NCBI GenBank assembly: GCA_001784555.1
Contig: MFRM01000003.1
Coordinates: 188,615 to 252,614 of the forward strand
Direction of reading: 5' to 3'
Source: Candidatus Melainabacteria bacterium RIFCSPHIGHO2_02_FULL_34_12
GTDB taxonomy: Bacteria > Cyanobacteriota > Vampirovibrionia > 2-02-FULL-35-15
Length of the DNA: 64,000 nucleotides
Of this stretch, positions 25,612 to 34,824 are shown in pieces; the first letter of the stretch is position 1, and each line of letters begins with the position of its first letter. The translations under genes and the position numbers were made by a program. The notes below the pieces were generated by a model, which was not told where the DNA came from, ran no database searches, and saw only the letters and a program-made list of their open reading frames with translations.

Positions 25612-26940
25612 GTGGCAGTTTCTTTTTTAAATTTACTAGACAAATTCAGACCTCACAAACTCTACGGACAATCACCTTTTGTGGGAATTCTGCAATTTGT
25701 CATTCTTGCAGTTTTCTGGTTTTCAATAATTTATGGAGCTACTGCAACTGCAACTATTTTATTTGCAAAATTTATTCCAGAGTTGCTTTTTGATTTAAAA
25801 TTTCCGGTATTGGCAGAAATTACCTATTATCTTGCACCTCTTGTTGCTGTAATGGTTCTAATTCCAGCCAATGCAACTTTTCTGGTTTTAAATGAGAGAA
25901 AGATTCTTGCTCTCTTAACTGTCAGATGCGGGCCAAACCGAGTAGGACCAAACGGTTTTTTACAAACAGTAGCTGATGCAGTAAAACTTTTATTTAAGGA
26001 AGATATTATTCCTAAAGGCGCTGATAAATTACTTTTCACTCTGGCACCAGTAATATTTTTTGCCCCAACTACAATTGCATTTATTCCTATTCTTTCTGCT
26101 GCCACGAACAATATCGGGCCGTTTATATCATGCGATCTTTCTATAGGTATTTTATATATTATGGCTATTTCATCTATTCCCGTAATCGGATTGGTGCTAG
26201 GAGGATGGGCAAGTAATAATAAATACTCACTTCTTGGAGGACTAAGAAGCGCTGCTCAATCCATAAGTTACGAAATACCAATGATACTTACAGTAATCAG
26301 TATTATTCTTCTTACTGGATCTATTAACTTAAAAGAAATTACAGACACACAGATTGGCGGATTATTAAACTGGAACATACTTGCATTTGGGAAACTTCCA
26401 TTGCTTTTAAATTTATTTCCTCTTGGAAAAAATACACTTGTAGGATTATATGGGCTTATATTTCTTTTCTTTAGTATTACTTTGTTTGTAATATATATCA
26501 TTTCAGCATTTGCCGAGGTAAACAGAATTCCATTTGATCTTCCTGAAGCAGAAAGTGAACTAGTATCAGGTTATAACACTGAATTTACCGGTATGAAGTT
26601 TGCTCTTTTCTTTCTTGCAGAATATACTGCACTGTTTATCATTTGTTGCCTTGCTTCAATAATATTTCTTGGTGGCGGACATCTTCCTGTATCATTTGAA
26701 ATTGAAAAAAGTATTCTCATTGCACTTGCAAATTCAAATTTCGGAGATCTTAGCTGGTTATTACCTACTATCGTATTAATGGTAAAAGCTTATGCTCTTA
26801 TATTTGGCTCTGTCTGGGTAAGAGCTACACTTCCAAGGCTGCGTTATGATCAACTTATGTCATTCAGCTGGAAGTTCCTTATTCCTTTTTCACTGGTAAA
26901 CATTTTTATTGTGGCAATACTGGTAAGCATAAAACTATGA
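25612..26940 (+). CDS. nuoH: NADH-quinone oxidoreductase subunit H (NdhA-type), with N-terminal extension
   Basis: 442 aa. 'LNERKILALLTVRCGPNRVGPNGFLQTVADAVKLLFKEDIIP' and 'AEVNRIPFDLPEAESELVSGYNTEF'. GTG start. About 55 extra N-terminal residues compared with typical NuoH. Confidence 0.9.
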   Translation: MAVSFLNLLDKFRPHKLYGQSPFVGILQFVILAVFWFSIIYGATATATILFAKFIPELLFDLKFPVLAEITYYLAPLVAVMVLIPANATFLVLNERKILALLTVRCGPNRVGPNGFLQTVADAVKLLFKEDIIPKGADKLLFTLAPVIFFAPTTIAFIPILSAATNNIGPFISCDLSIGILYIMAISSIPVIGLVLGGWASNNKYSLLGGLRSAAQSISYEIPMILTVISIILLTGSINLKEITDTQIGGLLNWNILAFGKLPLLLNLFPLGKNTLVGLYGLIFLFFSITLFVIYIISAFAEVNRIPFDLPEAESELVSGYNTEFTGMKFALFFLAEYTALFIICCLASIIFLGGGHLPVSFEIEKSILIALANSNFGDLSWLLPTIVLMVKAYALIFGSVWVRATLPRLRYDQLMSFSWKFLIPFSLVNIFIVAILVSIKL

Positions 26941-27482
26941 TTAATCTTATTAAAAAAACAGTTGAAGGGATATATAACATTGCGCTGGGAATGTTGACGG
27001 TAATTAAGCATGTCGGCAGAAGTCCCATTACATCCAGTTATCCGGATGTAGTGCCTGAACTATATCCAATGTCCAGGCACAGACTGGCACTTACAGTAAA
27101 CCCAGACACTACTGAACATTTGTGCATTGCATGTAAACAATGCGAAAGAATATGCCCTGATACATGCATAACTGTTATTCCTGACCCTGAAAAAAAAGGT
27201 GTTATTAAAGAATTTTACTTAGATCATGGTCTGTGCATGTTTTGTGGTTTATGTACTGAGGTCTGCCCGACAAATTGCATAATAAATACCGTCGATTTTG
27301 AAATGAGTGAATATACCAGAGAAGATCTTATTTATGATATTGAAAAATTAACTCTTACTCAGGAACAATCCAGATTTTATTTCGATTTTAAGGAAATGCC
27401 AAAACCTAAGCTAAAACCACCAAAAGCACCTCCAGCAAAACCACAGCCGGCAGCAGCTTCAGTAGAAAATAATAAAGGATAA
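26937..27482 (+). CDS. nuoI: NADH-quinone oxidoreductase subunit I (2x[4Fe-4S])
   Basis: 181 aa. 'CIACKQCERICP' and 'CMFCGLCTEVCP'. ATGA overlap with nuoH. Pro/Lys-rich C-terminal tail. Confidence 0.88.
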   Translation: MINLIKKTVEGIYNIALGMLTVIKHVGRSPITSSYPDVVPELYPMSRHRLALTVNPDTTEHLCIACKQCERICPDTCITVIPDPEKKGVIKEFYLDHGLCMFCGLCTEVCPTNCIINTVDFEMSEYTREDLIYDIEKLTLTQEQSRFYFDFKEMPKPKLKPPKAPPAKPQPAAASVENNKG

Positions 27483-27483
27483 T

Positions 27484-27996
27484 ATGGAAATATTACATGA
27501 GCCTGAATTTTTTGTACTTAGTGTTATTGCACTTGCTGGTGCCCTTGGTGTAATCCTTGAAGCAAATATCATCAGGGCAGGTTTTTCCCTAGTGATTTGT
27601 TTTGGAGCAATTTCAGGGACATATTTTGCATTAAGTGCTCCGTTTATAGGCGCATCCCAGATATTAATTTATGCAGTAGGTATTACTTTAGTTATTGTAT
27701 TTGCTCTTATGCTTACCAGCTTAAAACATGGTCTGCCAAAAATAGAAGGTGAAGCCGGTAAGAATATTTTAAGTGCACTGATAGCCATTGGAATATTTAT
27801 AACTTTTTCAATTACGCTTACAGGTGCAAATAAATGGCAGATAAATGATCTATTGCCATGTCCTAAAAATACAGAAGTAATAGGTTTAAAACTACTTGGT
27901 TCATATGCTCTGCCTTTTGAACTGATATCAGTATTACTGCTAGTAGCATTAATTGGAGCTATTGTAATCGCTAAGAGGGATAAGAAAAATGTCTAA
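27484..27996 (+). CDS. nuoJ: NADH-quinone oxidoreductase subunit J
   Basis: 170 aa polytopic membrane protein in the expected operon position. '[22 protein letters not shown]'. Confidence 0.85.
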   Translation: MEILHEPEFFVLSVIALAGALGVILEANIIRAGFSLVICFGAISGTYFALSAPFIGASQILIYAVGITLVIVFALMLTSLKHGLPKIEGEAGKNILSALIAIGIFITFSITLTGANKWQINDLLPCPKNTEVIGLKLLGSYALPFELISVLLLVALIGAIVIAKRDKKNV

Positions 27997-28378
27997 GAAT
28001 TCTTACTTAGGAAAAATTTTACTTGCTTTTGTTTTGCTTCTTGGTTTTATATATTTTTCTGCCAGTTTAAAAACCTCACTTGAAAGATATATTTTGCTCT
28101 CTACTGCGCTCTTTAGTATAGGAATTTATGGAATAACTGCAAGCAGAAATGTAATAAGGGTTTTAATGTCCATTGAATTGCTTTTAAATGCAGTAAATAT
28201 TAACTTCATTGCATTTTCAAATTATATTGATCCTCTTGAAATTAAAGGACAAATTTTTGCAATATTTGTCATGGCAATAGCTGCTGCTGAAGCAGCAATT
28301 GCACTGGCAATAATTCTGGCTATTTATAGAAACATGTCCTCAATTGATATGGAAGATTTCGCGAATTTGAAGTGGTGA
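27989..28378 (+). CDS. nuoK: NADH-quinone oxidoreductase subunit K
   Basis: 129 aa. '[25 protein letters not shown]' and '[17 protein letters not shown]'. 8-nt overlap with nuoJ. Confidence 0.88.
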   Translation: MSKNSYLGKILLAFVLLLGFIYFSASLKTSLERYILLSTALFSIGIYGITASRNVIRVLMSIELLLNAVNINFIAFSNYIDPLEIKGQIFAIFVMAIAAAEAAIALAIILAIYRNMSSIDMEDFANLKW

Positions 28379-28442
28379 TTATGCAATCTAATAAAGCAAG
28401 GTTTGATCCAATTTACTTGGTCAAACCGAGCAGTCTTTGCGA

Positions 28443-28479
28443 AGCTGGCTCGAGGAGCTACGTCACCGCAGAGCCAGCT
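28443..28479 (+). terminator. Hairpin after nuoK with a 19-nt loop shared with the 44368..44400 hairpin
   Basis: AGCTGGCTC / GAGCCAGCT 9-bp stem. Loop GAGGAGCTACGTCACCGCA. A second hairpin, GGTTTGA..TCAAACC, lies at 28400..28427. Confidence 0.5.
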
Positions 28480-28518
28480 GTGATAAAAGGTTAGATTTTG
28501 TAAACTTAAGGTGGTAGG

Positions 28519-29856
28519 TTATGCAGGTGCACTACCAGCTAGTACAGGTCTCTTATATCGTACAGTAGCACCTTCCGGTCTAGTCCCTTCAGCTTCTGGA
28601 TCCTTTTCAAGGATTCTGATTTTTCCCAATTTTTTTGCTTCTTCAATTCTTTTACAATTTTGGTCTAAGATTTTTTCACTGACATCAAATGAGTCTACTA
28701 ACTCTTGTCGATCTATGCTAAATAAATAAGCCACGGTGTTTATCAGCTTATTTCTAAGACCGTCAAAAATATTGTCAAAAAATCCTAGTGTTTTTTTATA
28801 GAAAGGTGACTCACTAAATCTATAATTCCCGATTTTTTCTCCATTTACAGATCTCTCATATGCAACTGGTACTTTATTTAAGACTCCATCTTTAACGTAT
28901 TCTTCATATTGAAATTTATTTTTAGTGGCTCTTCTCTGGTGACAATTTGCCATTCGATTAAATATTGCCATTGGAAATTCACCCAGAGCTGCTGCAGTGG
29001 TTTTTGGAATAAAATCACCCAGAGCATACGTAGATAGTGCAGATGAAAAACCAAGCAATATATGTCCAGGAATAAATCTCTCATGAATCATATTTGTTAT
29101 AGCTTTTGCCCATCCTTTAAACCATTTACTGTCATCTCCACCTGTAAATTCATCTTTAAAATCTGTATATAGTCTAATGGTTTGAGATATTGCAAAAGTA
29201 ATCTGTTCAACAAGTGTGTATCCCACACCTCTTAAGATATTTACATACCATGGATCATTTTTATCTAGATTTACACCAGGCAAATTTTCATGTTTGTCGT
29301 TTTTTAGAATAAAGCTAGCAAGACCAAAAGCACCCAGCTGTGAAATGGTATACCATGTAAAATTATCATCTCCTTCTCTTTCTATATTTCCTTGAGCATC
29401 ATGTTTGTCATCACTGAGACCGCATACTTTTAATAAAAGATCAGATGGTGTTTTTACAACAGTATTAAAGAACATCGCAGATATACTGTCTTCAGTATTT
29501 TCTCCATTCCCATTTAAGTGCTGAGTATTCCTGCTCTGATGTGATGTTATTTTCCAGTGAAAGGCTTCACCTATTAACTTCCCGGGAATAATGGCTAACT
29601 GCTCAGGCACCCATGGAGTAACCACTGATGATATTTTTGCCAAGATCCATGAAATAGTAGTTGCCCAAAAAGGTTCAAGTGCTTCATCATGTAAAGTTTG
29701 GATGAAATTTTGTTTAAAATTTTTATCGTTCTCAAATGTTGCAGCTCCAATTGCTTTACCGTTTGCTGTTGAGATTAAATCTATAACAGGAATAGTAAAA
29801 GCACGGATTATTGATTTTAATCCTATATCTGATGCAGCTGTTCTAAGTGAGCTCAT
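28519..29856 (-). CDS. Hypothetical protein
   Basis: 445-aa uninterrupted ORF. No family recognised. Confidence 0.5.
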   Translation of the reverse strand: MSSLRTAASDIGLKSIIRAFTIPVIDLISTANGKAIGAATFENDKNFKQNFIQTLHDEALEPFWATTISWILAKISSVVTPWVPEQLAIIPGKLIGEAFHWKITSHQSRNTQHLNGNGENTEDSISAMFFNTVVKTPSDLLLKVCGLSDDKHDAQGNIEREGDDNFTWYTISQLGAFGLASFILKNDKHENLPGVNLDKNDPWYVNILRGVGYTLVEQITFAISQTIRLYTDFKDEFTGGDDSKWFKGWAKAITNMIHERFIPGHILLGFSSALSTYALGDFIPKTTAAALGEFPMAIFNRMANCHQRRATKNKFQYEEYVKDGVLNKVPVAYERSVNGEKIGNYRFSESPFYKKTLGFFDNIFDGLRNKLINTVAYLFSIDRQELVDSFDVSEKILDQNCKRIEEAKKLGKIRILEKDPEAEGTRPEGATVRYKRPVLAGSAPA

Positions 29857-30113
29857 TTATTGGTTACTTCAACAATTCTCTTAAATAAAAAAATCTTCAC
29901 AATAAACTTTTAAAATGGCGGAGTTAAGTGCCTGTTAAGATTATGCCTTAACCTATATAGCTTTTAGAATAGTTTTATAAAGATGAATTTGCTTAACCAA
30001 ACCAACATATTTTTAGTAACTATTTAAGTTAAGAGAATTGAATTATAAAAAATTTATAAATATTGATTCCATAAGGAATTCATTGAAACTTATAACTTGA
30101 AACTTGAAACTTT

Positions 30114-30449
30114 CTATGCTGGTCCAGGAAACATAGATTGTAATTTCATGGCCAAACCCATATCACCAGCTACTCGAAGTTTGCCCATCATAAATGCCAT
30201 TTGACTGTTTAATTTTCCCTTATGTATAGCAAGCCAGTCTTGAGAAGAAATTGAAATAGTAACTGATGACGTCCCTTGAACGCCTTCTTTTAATTCACAT
30301 TTTCCATCATTAATAGACAATGTCCACTTGCCACCACCAGGGCCTGACACATCAAATAAATAAGTTGCATTTAAATTTCCAGCTATCTCTGATTTAAAAG
30401 ATTTATGCATTTCTTTCAATGACTCTTCGCAAGTTTCTGCCATGCTCAT
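30114..30449 (-). CDS. SCP2 sterol-carrier-like domain protein
   Basis: 111 aa. 'ATYLFDVSGPGGGKWTLSINDG', 'SQDWLAIHKGKLNSQMAFMMGKLRVAGDMGLAMKL'. Confidence 0.8.
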   Translation of the reverse strand: MSMAETCEESLKEMHKSFKSEIAGNLNATYLFDVSGPGGGKWTLSINDGKCELKEGVQGTSSVTISISSQDWLAIHKGKLNSQMAFMMGKLRVAGDMGLAMKLQSMFPGPA

Positions 30450-30540
30450 ACTCTCCTGTTATTTTTTATTATTTCACTTAATCTTAATTATCACTACTTA
30501 GATAACCACCATTATTATAAAACGCCTCCCTTCAAATCGA

Positions 30541-30690
30541 CTATCTCTGGAGCAAGCTCACAGAGTTTTTCGCCGATTTGAGCCATGGGCATCGGGGGGT
30601 GTTAGTAAGGAGGCGTTTTGTTGCTACTCGCTCACATCTCCGGGAGCAAGCTCCCGAGTTTTTCGCTCGGGCGCAATAAATAATATGAGG
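30541..30690 (-). other. GC-rich structured region upstream of the SCP2 gene (two related hairpins nested in an 11-bp long-range helix)
   Basis: Minus strand: GCGAAAAACTCGGGAGCTTGCTCCCGGAG and GCGAAAAACTCTGTGAGCTTGCTCCAGAG. AAAACGCCTCC pairs with GGAGGCGTTTT, and CAAATCG pairs with CGATTTG. Function unknown. Confidence 0.4.
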
Positions 30691-30885
30691 CTTAGGCTCA
30701 TACCAAAGACACAAAGTAAAAGATTTGTTTAAGATGACCAAATTATGAGAAACCAATAAAGCATAAAGACGTCAATTCTTACACTGTTACATAATCAATT
30801 TAATAATCGTGTGGTTTAATAAGTAAGTAATAAAGCAAGTATACAAAGAAAAGTATTAACACAAAGTAGGATTAGATTCAGCTTT

Positions 30886-31473
30886 ATGTTTAAAAGAAAA
30901 TTAAGCAAAATTTTGATTCCTTCGTTAGCTCTTGGCATTGGGTTAACTTTACTTCCATGCAGCTCTGCTACAAATAATAATGCTATTGCAATTAATTATT
31001 TAAATGACATCCCTCCTGCAATCAAGAAAGAAAAAATTTATACAGATGAACTTAGCTATGATTTCAGAATATCTGACAAACTTGAAGGTACAGGAACAAT
31101 TAAACTTACCCTGCATAAAAATAAACTAAAAGGGACTGCAACAGGTATAGGTAAAACGAATCAATGTGAGGTAGACTTTCTTACAAAGTTAGAAGGGGCA
31201 CTTTCTGGAGAAGCTATTAATGTATCAGTAAAAGGAGAAGGTGACCCTCTAGGAATACCCATTCCAGGAAAAATTGCATTTCAAGGCCCTTTAAAAGGAT
31301 ATTTCAAAGACAATAAACTTTGTCTTACAGGAAAGGTCCATATAAAAGGAAGACTTGCACGATATGCAGGATTTGAAGAAACAGAAGATTTATTTATAGA
31401 AATTTTAAACGGTGATTCATTATCCCAAACTCTAAAGAAAATACGACTTGCAGAAAAAACAGCGTCTTTATAG
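30886..31473 (+). CDS. Hypothetical secreted/lipoprotein-like protein
   Basis: 195 aa. 'LALGIGLTLLPCSSA' is a signal/lipobox-like N-terminus. Confidence 0.55.
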   Translation: MFKRKLSKILIPSLALGIGLTLLPCSSATNNNAIAINYLNDIPPAIKKEKIYTDELSYDFRISDKLEGTGTIKLTLHKNKLKGTATGIGKTNQCEVDFLTKLEGALSGEAINVSVKGEGDPLGIPIPGKIAFQGPLKGYFKDNKLCLTGKVHIKGRLARYAGFEETEDLFIEILNGDSLSQTLKKIRLAEKTASL

Positions 31474-31510
31474 AAGAGATGCCCCACTGGGCCATCTCTT
31501 CTGGAGTTTT
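31472..31510 (+). terminator. Rho-independent terminator
   Basis: AGAAGAGATG (31472..31481) pairs with CATCTCTTCT (31493..31502), with an inner CCC/GGG. A short T-run lies at 31507..31510. Confidence 0.5.
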
Positions 31511-31680
31511 ACGCATATTTTCCCTCCTATTCCCATGTTTTGGATAACATCTAGTAAACGATCTGACATTGACGTCTTTACGAACGATTAGAAGATATAT
31601 TTTCGTGGTCTATAAAAACTAAATATATGCATAGGGCCTTTTCATTGTTAGTATTAAGATAAAGGAAAAATAAAAAATAA

Positions 31681-34314
31681 ATGTTCGAAAGATTCACAGA
31701 AAAAGCAATAAAAGTAATTATGTTGGCCCAGGAAGAAGCCAGAAGGTTGGGTCATAATTTTGTCGGAACAGAGCAAATACTTCTTGGACTTATCGGTGAA
31801 GGAACAGGCATTGCTGCAAAAACATTAAAATCAATGGGAGTTAATTTAAAAGATGCCAGAATTGAAGTTGAAAAAATTATTGGAAGAGGAAGTGGGTTTG
31901 TTGCTGTAGAAATTCCATTTACACCAAGAGCTAAAAGAGTTCTTGAATTATCATGGGAAGAAGCCAGGCAGCTCGGCCACAATTACATTGGAACAGAACA
32001 TTTATTACTCGGTTTAATACGAGAGGGTGAAGGTGTTGCTGCAAGAGTTCTTGAAAATCTGGGTGTTGATTTAACTAAGGTCAGACAACACATCGTACGG
32101 CTTCTGGGTGAAACTGGGGCTACCGGTGTTCAGGCTGGTGGTGGTGGAACAGGCAGATCAAAAACTCCTACCCTAGATGAGTTTGGGATTAATTTAACCC
32201 AGGCAGCTACTGAAGGAAGACTAGATCCTGTGGTAGGTCGTGAAAAAGAAATTGAAAGAGTAATCCAGATACTTGGAAGAAGAACAAAAAATAATCCTGT
32301 TTTAATAGGCGAACCTGGTGTTGGAAAAACTGCAATTGCAGAAGGTCTTGCCCAAAAAATAGCTACCGGCGATATTCCTGATATTCTTCAGGAAAAAAGA
32401 ATTATTCAGCTTGATATTGGTCTTTTGGTTGCAGGTACAAAATATAGAGGTGAATTTGAAGAGCGTCTTAAAAAAATAATGGATGAGATCAGGGGCGCTG
32501 GAAATGTGATTATTGTTATAGATGAATTACATACATTAATCGGAGCTGGTGCAGCTGAAGGTGCAATTGATGCAGCAAATATTTTAAAGCCTGCCCTGTC
32601 ACGCGGTGAGCTTCAATGCATAGGTGCCACTACAATTGATGAATACAGAAAACACATAGAACGAGACGCAGCCCTTGAACGTAGATTTCAGCCAGTAATG
32701 GTAGATGCTCCATCAGTAGAAGAATCTATTGAGATTTTGCGTGGCTTAAGACCAAAATACGAAGAACATCATAAATTAATAATTTCAGATGCTGCTCTTA
32801 TTACAGCTGCAGTACTTTCAGACAGATACATAAGCGACAGATATCTGCCGGATAAAGCCATAGACTTAGTTGACGAAGCCAGCTCACGTGTACGTTTACG
32901 CTCCAGTTCTCTGCCCCCTGAAGGAAAAGAGCTTGAAAAAGAACTACGTACAATAAGCAGACAAAAAGAACAATCAATTCGTTCACAGGAATTTGAAAAA
33001 GCAAGTCAGCTTAGAGATAAGGAAGCAGAACTTAAAGAACAAATAAAAGAAATTCAGTTAAAACATAAAGAAGCACAGGAAAAAAATAAGCCTGTAGTTA
33101 CCGATACAGAAATTGCACATATTGTAAGTTCATGGACTGGTATTCCAGTCGGTGATCTTACGCAGGGTGAAACTGAAAGACTACAAAAACTTGAAGGTAT
33201 TTTACATGAACGTGTTATTGGTCAGGATGTAGCAGTTACAGCTGTATCTAAAGCCATAAGACGTGCACGTGTTGGCTTAAAAAATCCAAATAAACCTATA
33301 GGAACCTTTATGTTCAGCGGTCCTACCGGTGTCGGTAAAACAGAGCTTGCAAAAGCACTTGCACAATTTTTCTATGGAACTGAAGAAAATATAGTCCGGG
33401 TAGATATGTCAGAGTATATGGAAAAACATACTGTCAGTAAGTTAATAGGTTCACCACCTGGATATATAGGCTATGGCGAAGGCGGACAACTAACAGAAGC
33501 AGTAAGAAGAAGACCTTACAGTGTGGTTTTATTTGATGAAATAGAAAAAGCACATCCTGATGTATTTAATATTCTCCTGCAAATTCTTGACGACGGACGT
33601 TTAACTGATGCTAAGGGTCGTACAATTGACTTTAAAAATACTATTGTCATTATGACCAGCAACGTCGGCGCAAGAAACATAGAATCCTTACAACCAGTAG
33701 GATTTGCTACCGAACAAATAAAAGATCCTGAATCTATTTACAAACGAATGAAGTCCACTGTAACTGATGAAATGAAAAAAACTTTCAGACCTGAGTTTTT
33801 AAATCGTCTGGATGACATAATTATCTTTAAACATCTGACCAAAGAAGAATTACATAAGATTCTTGATCTTATGGTTAAAGATCTCGGCAAACGCCTGCTT
33901 GATAAGAGCATGGCACTTGAACTTACTACTGAAGTTAAGGATAAGCTTGTCAAAGACGGTTACAGCCAGGCTTACGGTGCACGTCCGATGAGAAGAACAC
34001 TGCAGAAGCTCATAGAAGATGCACTGGCTGAAGAAATACTTGCTAGTAAGTTCAAAGAAGGCGATAAAATCAGTGCCACACTGGTACATAAGGACGCAGT
34101 TCTTGAAGGTGAATCAATTGCAAAGATCGATTTATCAGCTTCTATAAATATAACTGCCAACAAAGAAAAAAATCCTGACGATGGAATGGTTATTGTATTT
34201 AAGAAAATCGGAACAGTTGAAATTAAGAAAAAATACGAAGCTAGAGAAGACCAAAACAATAAAGACGAAAAACCAAAAGATGAGCCGAAAGAGACTGCTA
34301 AGGCTGGGTCATAG
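31681..34314 (+). CDS. clpC: ATP-dependent Clp protease ATP-binding subunit ClpC
   Basis: 877 aa. Duplicated Clp_N repeats ('[15 protein letters not shown]' / '[15 protein letters not shown]'). Walker A '[15 protein letters not shown]' and '[14 protein letters not shown]'. UVR-like '[13 protein letters not shown]'. Acidic/Lys-rich C-terminal extension. Confidence 0.92.
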   Translation: MFERFTEKAIKVIMLAQEEARRLGHNFVGTEQILLGLIGEGTGIAAKTLKSMGVNLKDARIEVEKIIGRGSGFVAVEIPFTPRAKRVLELSWEEARQLGHNYIGTEHLLLGLIREGEGVAARVLENLGVDLTKVRQHIVRLLGETGATGVQAGGGGTGRSKTPTLDEFGINLTQAATEGRLDPVVGREKEIERVIQILGRRTKNNPVLIGEPGVGKTAIAEGLAQKIATGDIPDILQEKRIIQLDIGLLVAGTKYRGEFEERLKKIMDEIRGAGNVIIVIDELHTLIGAGAAEGAIDAANILKPALSRGELQCIGATTIDEYRKHIERDAALERRFQPVMVDAPSVEESIEILRGLRPKYEEHHKLIISDAALITAAVLSDRYISDRYLPDKAIDLVDEASSRVRLRSSSLPPEGKELEKELRTISRQKEQSIRSQEFEKASQLRDKEAELKEQIKEIQLKHKEAQEKNKPVVTDTEIAHIVSSWTGIPVGDLTQGETERLQKLEGILHERVIGQDVAVTAVSKAIRRARVGLKNPNKPIGTFMFSGPTGVGKTELAKALAQFFYGTEENIVRVDMSEYMEKHTVSKLIGSPPGYIGYGEGGQLTEAVRRRPYSVVLFDEIEKAHPDVFNILLQILDDGRLTDAKGRTIDFKNTIVIMTSNVGARNIESLQPVGFATEQIKDPESIYKRMKSTVTDEMKKTFRPEFLNRLDDIIIFKHLTKEELHKILDLMVKDLGKRLLDKSMALELTTEVKDKLVKDGYSQAYGARPMRRTLQKLIEDALAEEILASKFKEGDKISATLVHKDAVLEGESIAKIDLSASINITANKEKNPDDGMVIVFKKIGTVEIKKKYEAREDQNNKDEKPKDEPKETAKAGS
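34295..34314 (+). repeat. Direct repeat copy 1 (CTGCTAAGGCTGGGTCATAG, the last codons of clpC)
   Basis: 19/20 identical to 34805..34824. Similarity extends to about 26 nt (AAAGAGACTGCT.. vs AAAGAACCTGCT..). Confidence 0.85.
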
Positions 34315-34350
34315 ATACCCGATATATCATGATAAAATTAAAACACTGTC

Positions 34351-34509
34351 ATGAAAAAAACTAACAAAACAAAAAGAAGCATAAGTAAAGCTATACAAAA
34401 AAAGCTAGACAAAATTCATAGGAAATATGATGAGATTTTTAAAGATGACGAAATCCTGCTAGCCAAGCTTAGAAGAGAAATTAATGTCAGACAGCGAAGA
34501 GCAAGTTGA
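34351..34509 (+). CDS. Possible small basic protein (52 aa), not in the ORF track
   Basis: My own translation: 'MKKTNKTKRSISKAIQKKLDKIHRKYDEIFKDDEILLAKLRREINVRQRRAS'. Overlaps the next ORF by 26 nt. Confidence 0.25.
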   Translation: MKKTNKTKRSISKAIQKKLDKIHRKYDEIFKDDEILLAKLRREINVRQRRAS

Positions 34510-34792
34510 ATTACTTTTAGTAAATGCAAATCAGGCTCTTAATTTTCTAAGAAAAATTTTGGATGATTTAGCATATAAAAGAGATGGGTTTATATTAAGT
34601 TCACAAGATAAGATTTTACTTTCACAAGAAAAATATAAAAGGAACAAAGCCGTCCTTGTAAATATAGGCAAATTACTTAAAAAGAAAGAGTATCCTTTGC
34701 CGCAAAAGTTGTTACATCATTTAGCAAGAAATTTACGATCAAGAATTTCAGCAATAACTGAAGAAGCAATTACATTAGATAAGTTAAGATAG
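34484..34792 (+). CDS. Hypothetical small protein
   Basis: 102 aa, helical-looking. Lies inside the 510-bp segment bounded by the clpC-end repeats. Confidence 0.4.
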   Translation: MSDSEEQVELLLVNANQALNFLRKILDDLAYKRDGFILSSQDKILLSQEKYKRNKAVLVNIGKLLKKKEYPLPQKLLHHLARNLRSRISAITEEAITLDKLR

Positions 34793-34804
34793 GGATTAAA
34801 GAAC

Positions 34805-34824
34805 CTGCTAAGGCTGGGTCTTAG
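34805..34824 (+). repeat. Direct repeat copy 2 (CTGCTAAGGCTGGGTCTTAG), overlapping the folP stop
   Basis: In the clpC frame it would read K-E-P-A-K-A-G-S-stop, against clpC K-E-T-A-K-A-G-S-stop. Confidence 0.85.

Noticed and set aside
28511-28729. 72-aa plus-strand ORF
   Set aside because: It is antisense to the 3' end of the 445-aa ORF, and no RBS was seen.
30541-30756. 71-aa minus-strand ORF
   Set aside because: It covers the structured GC-rich repeat region. It has no RBS and a composition driven by the hairpins.
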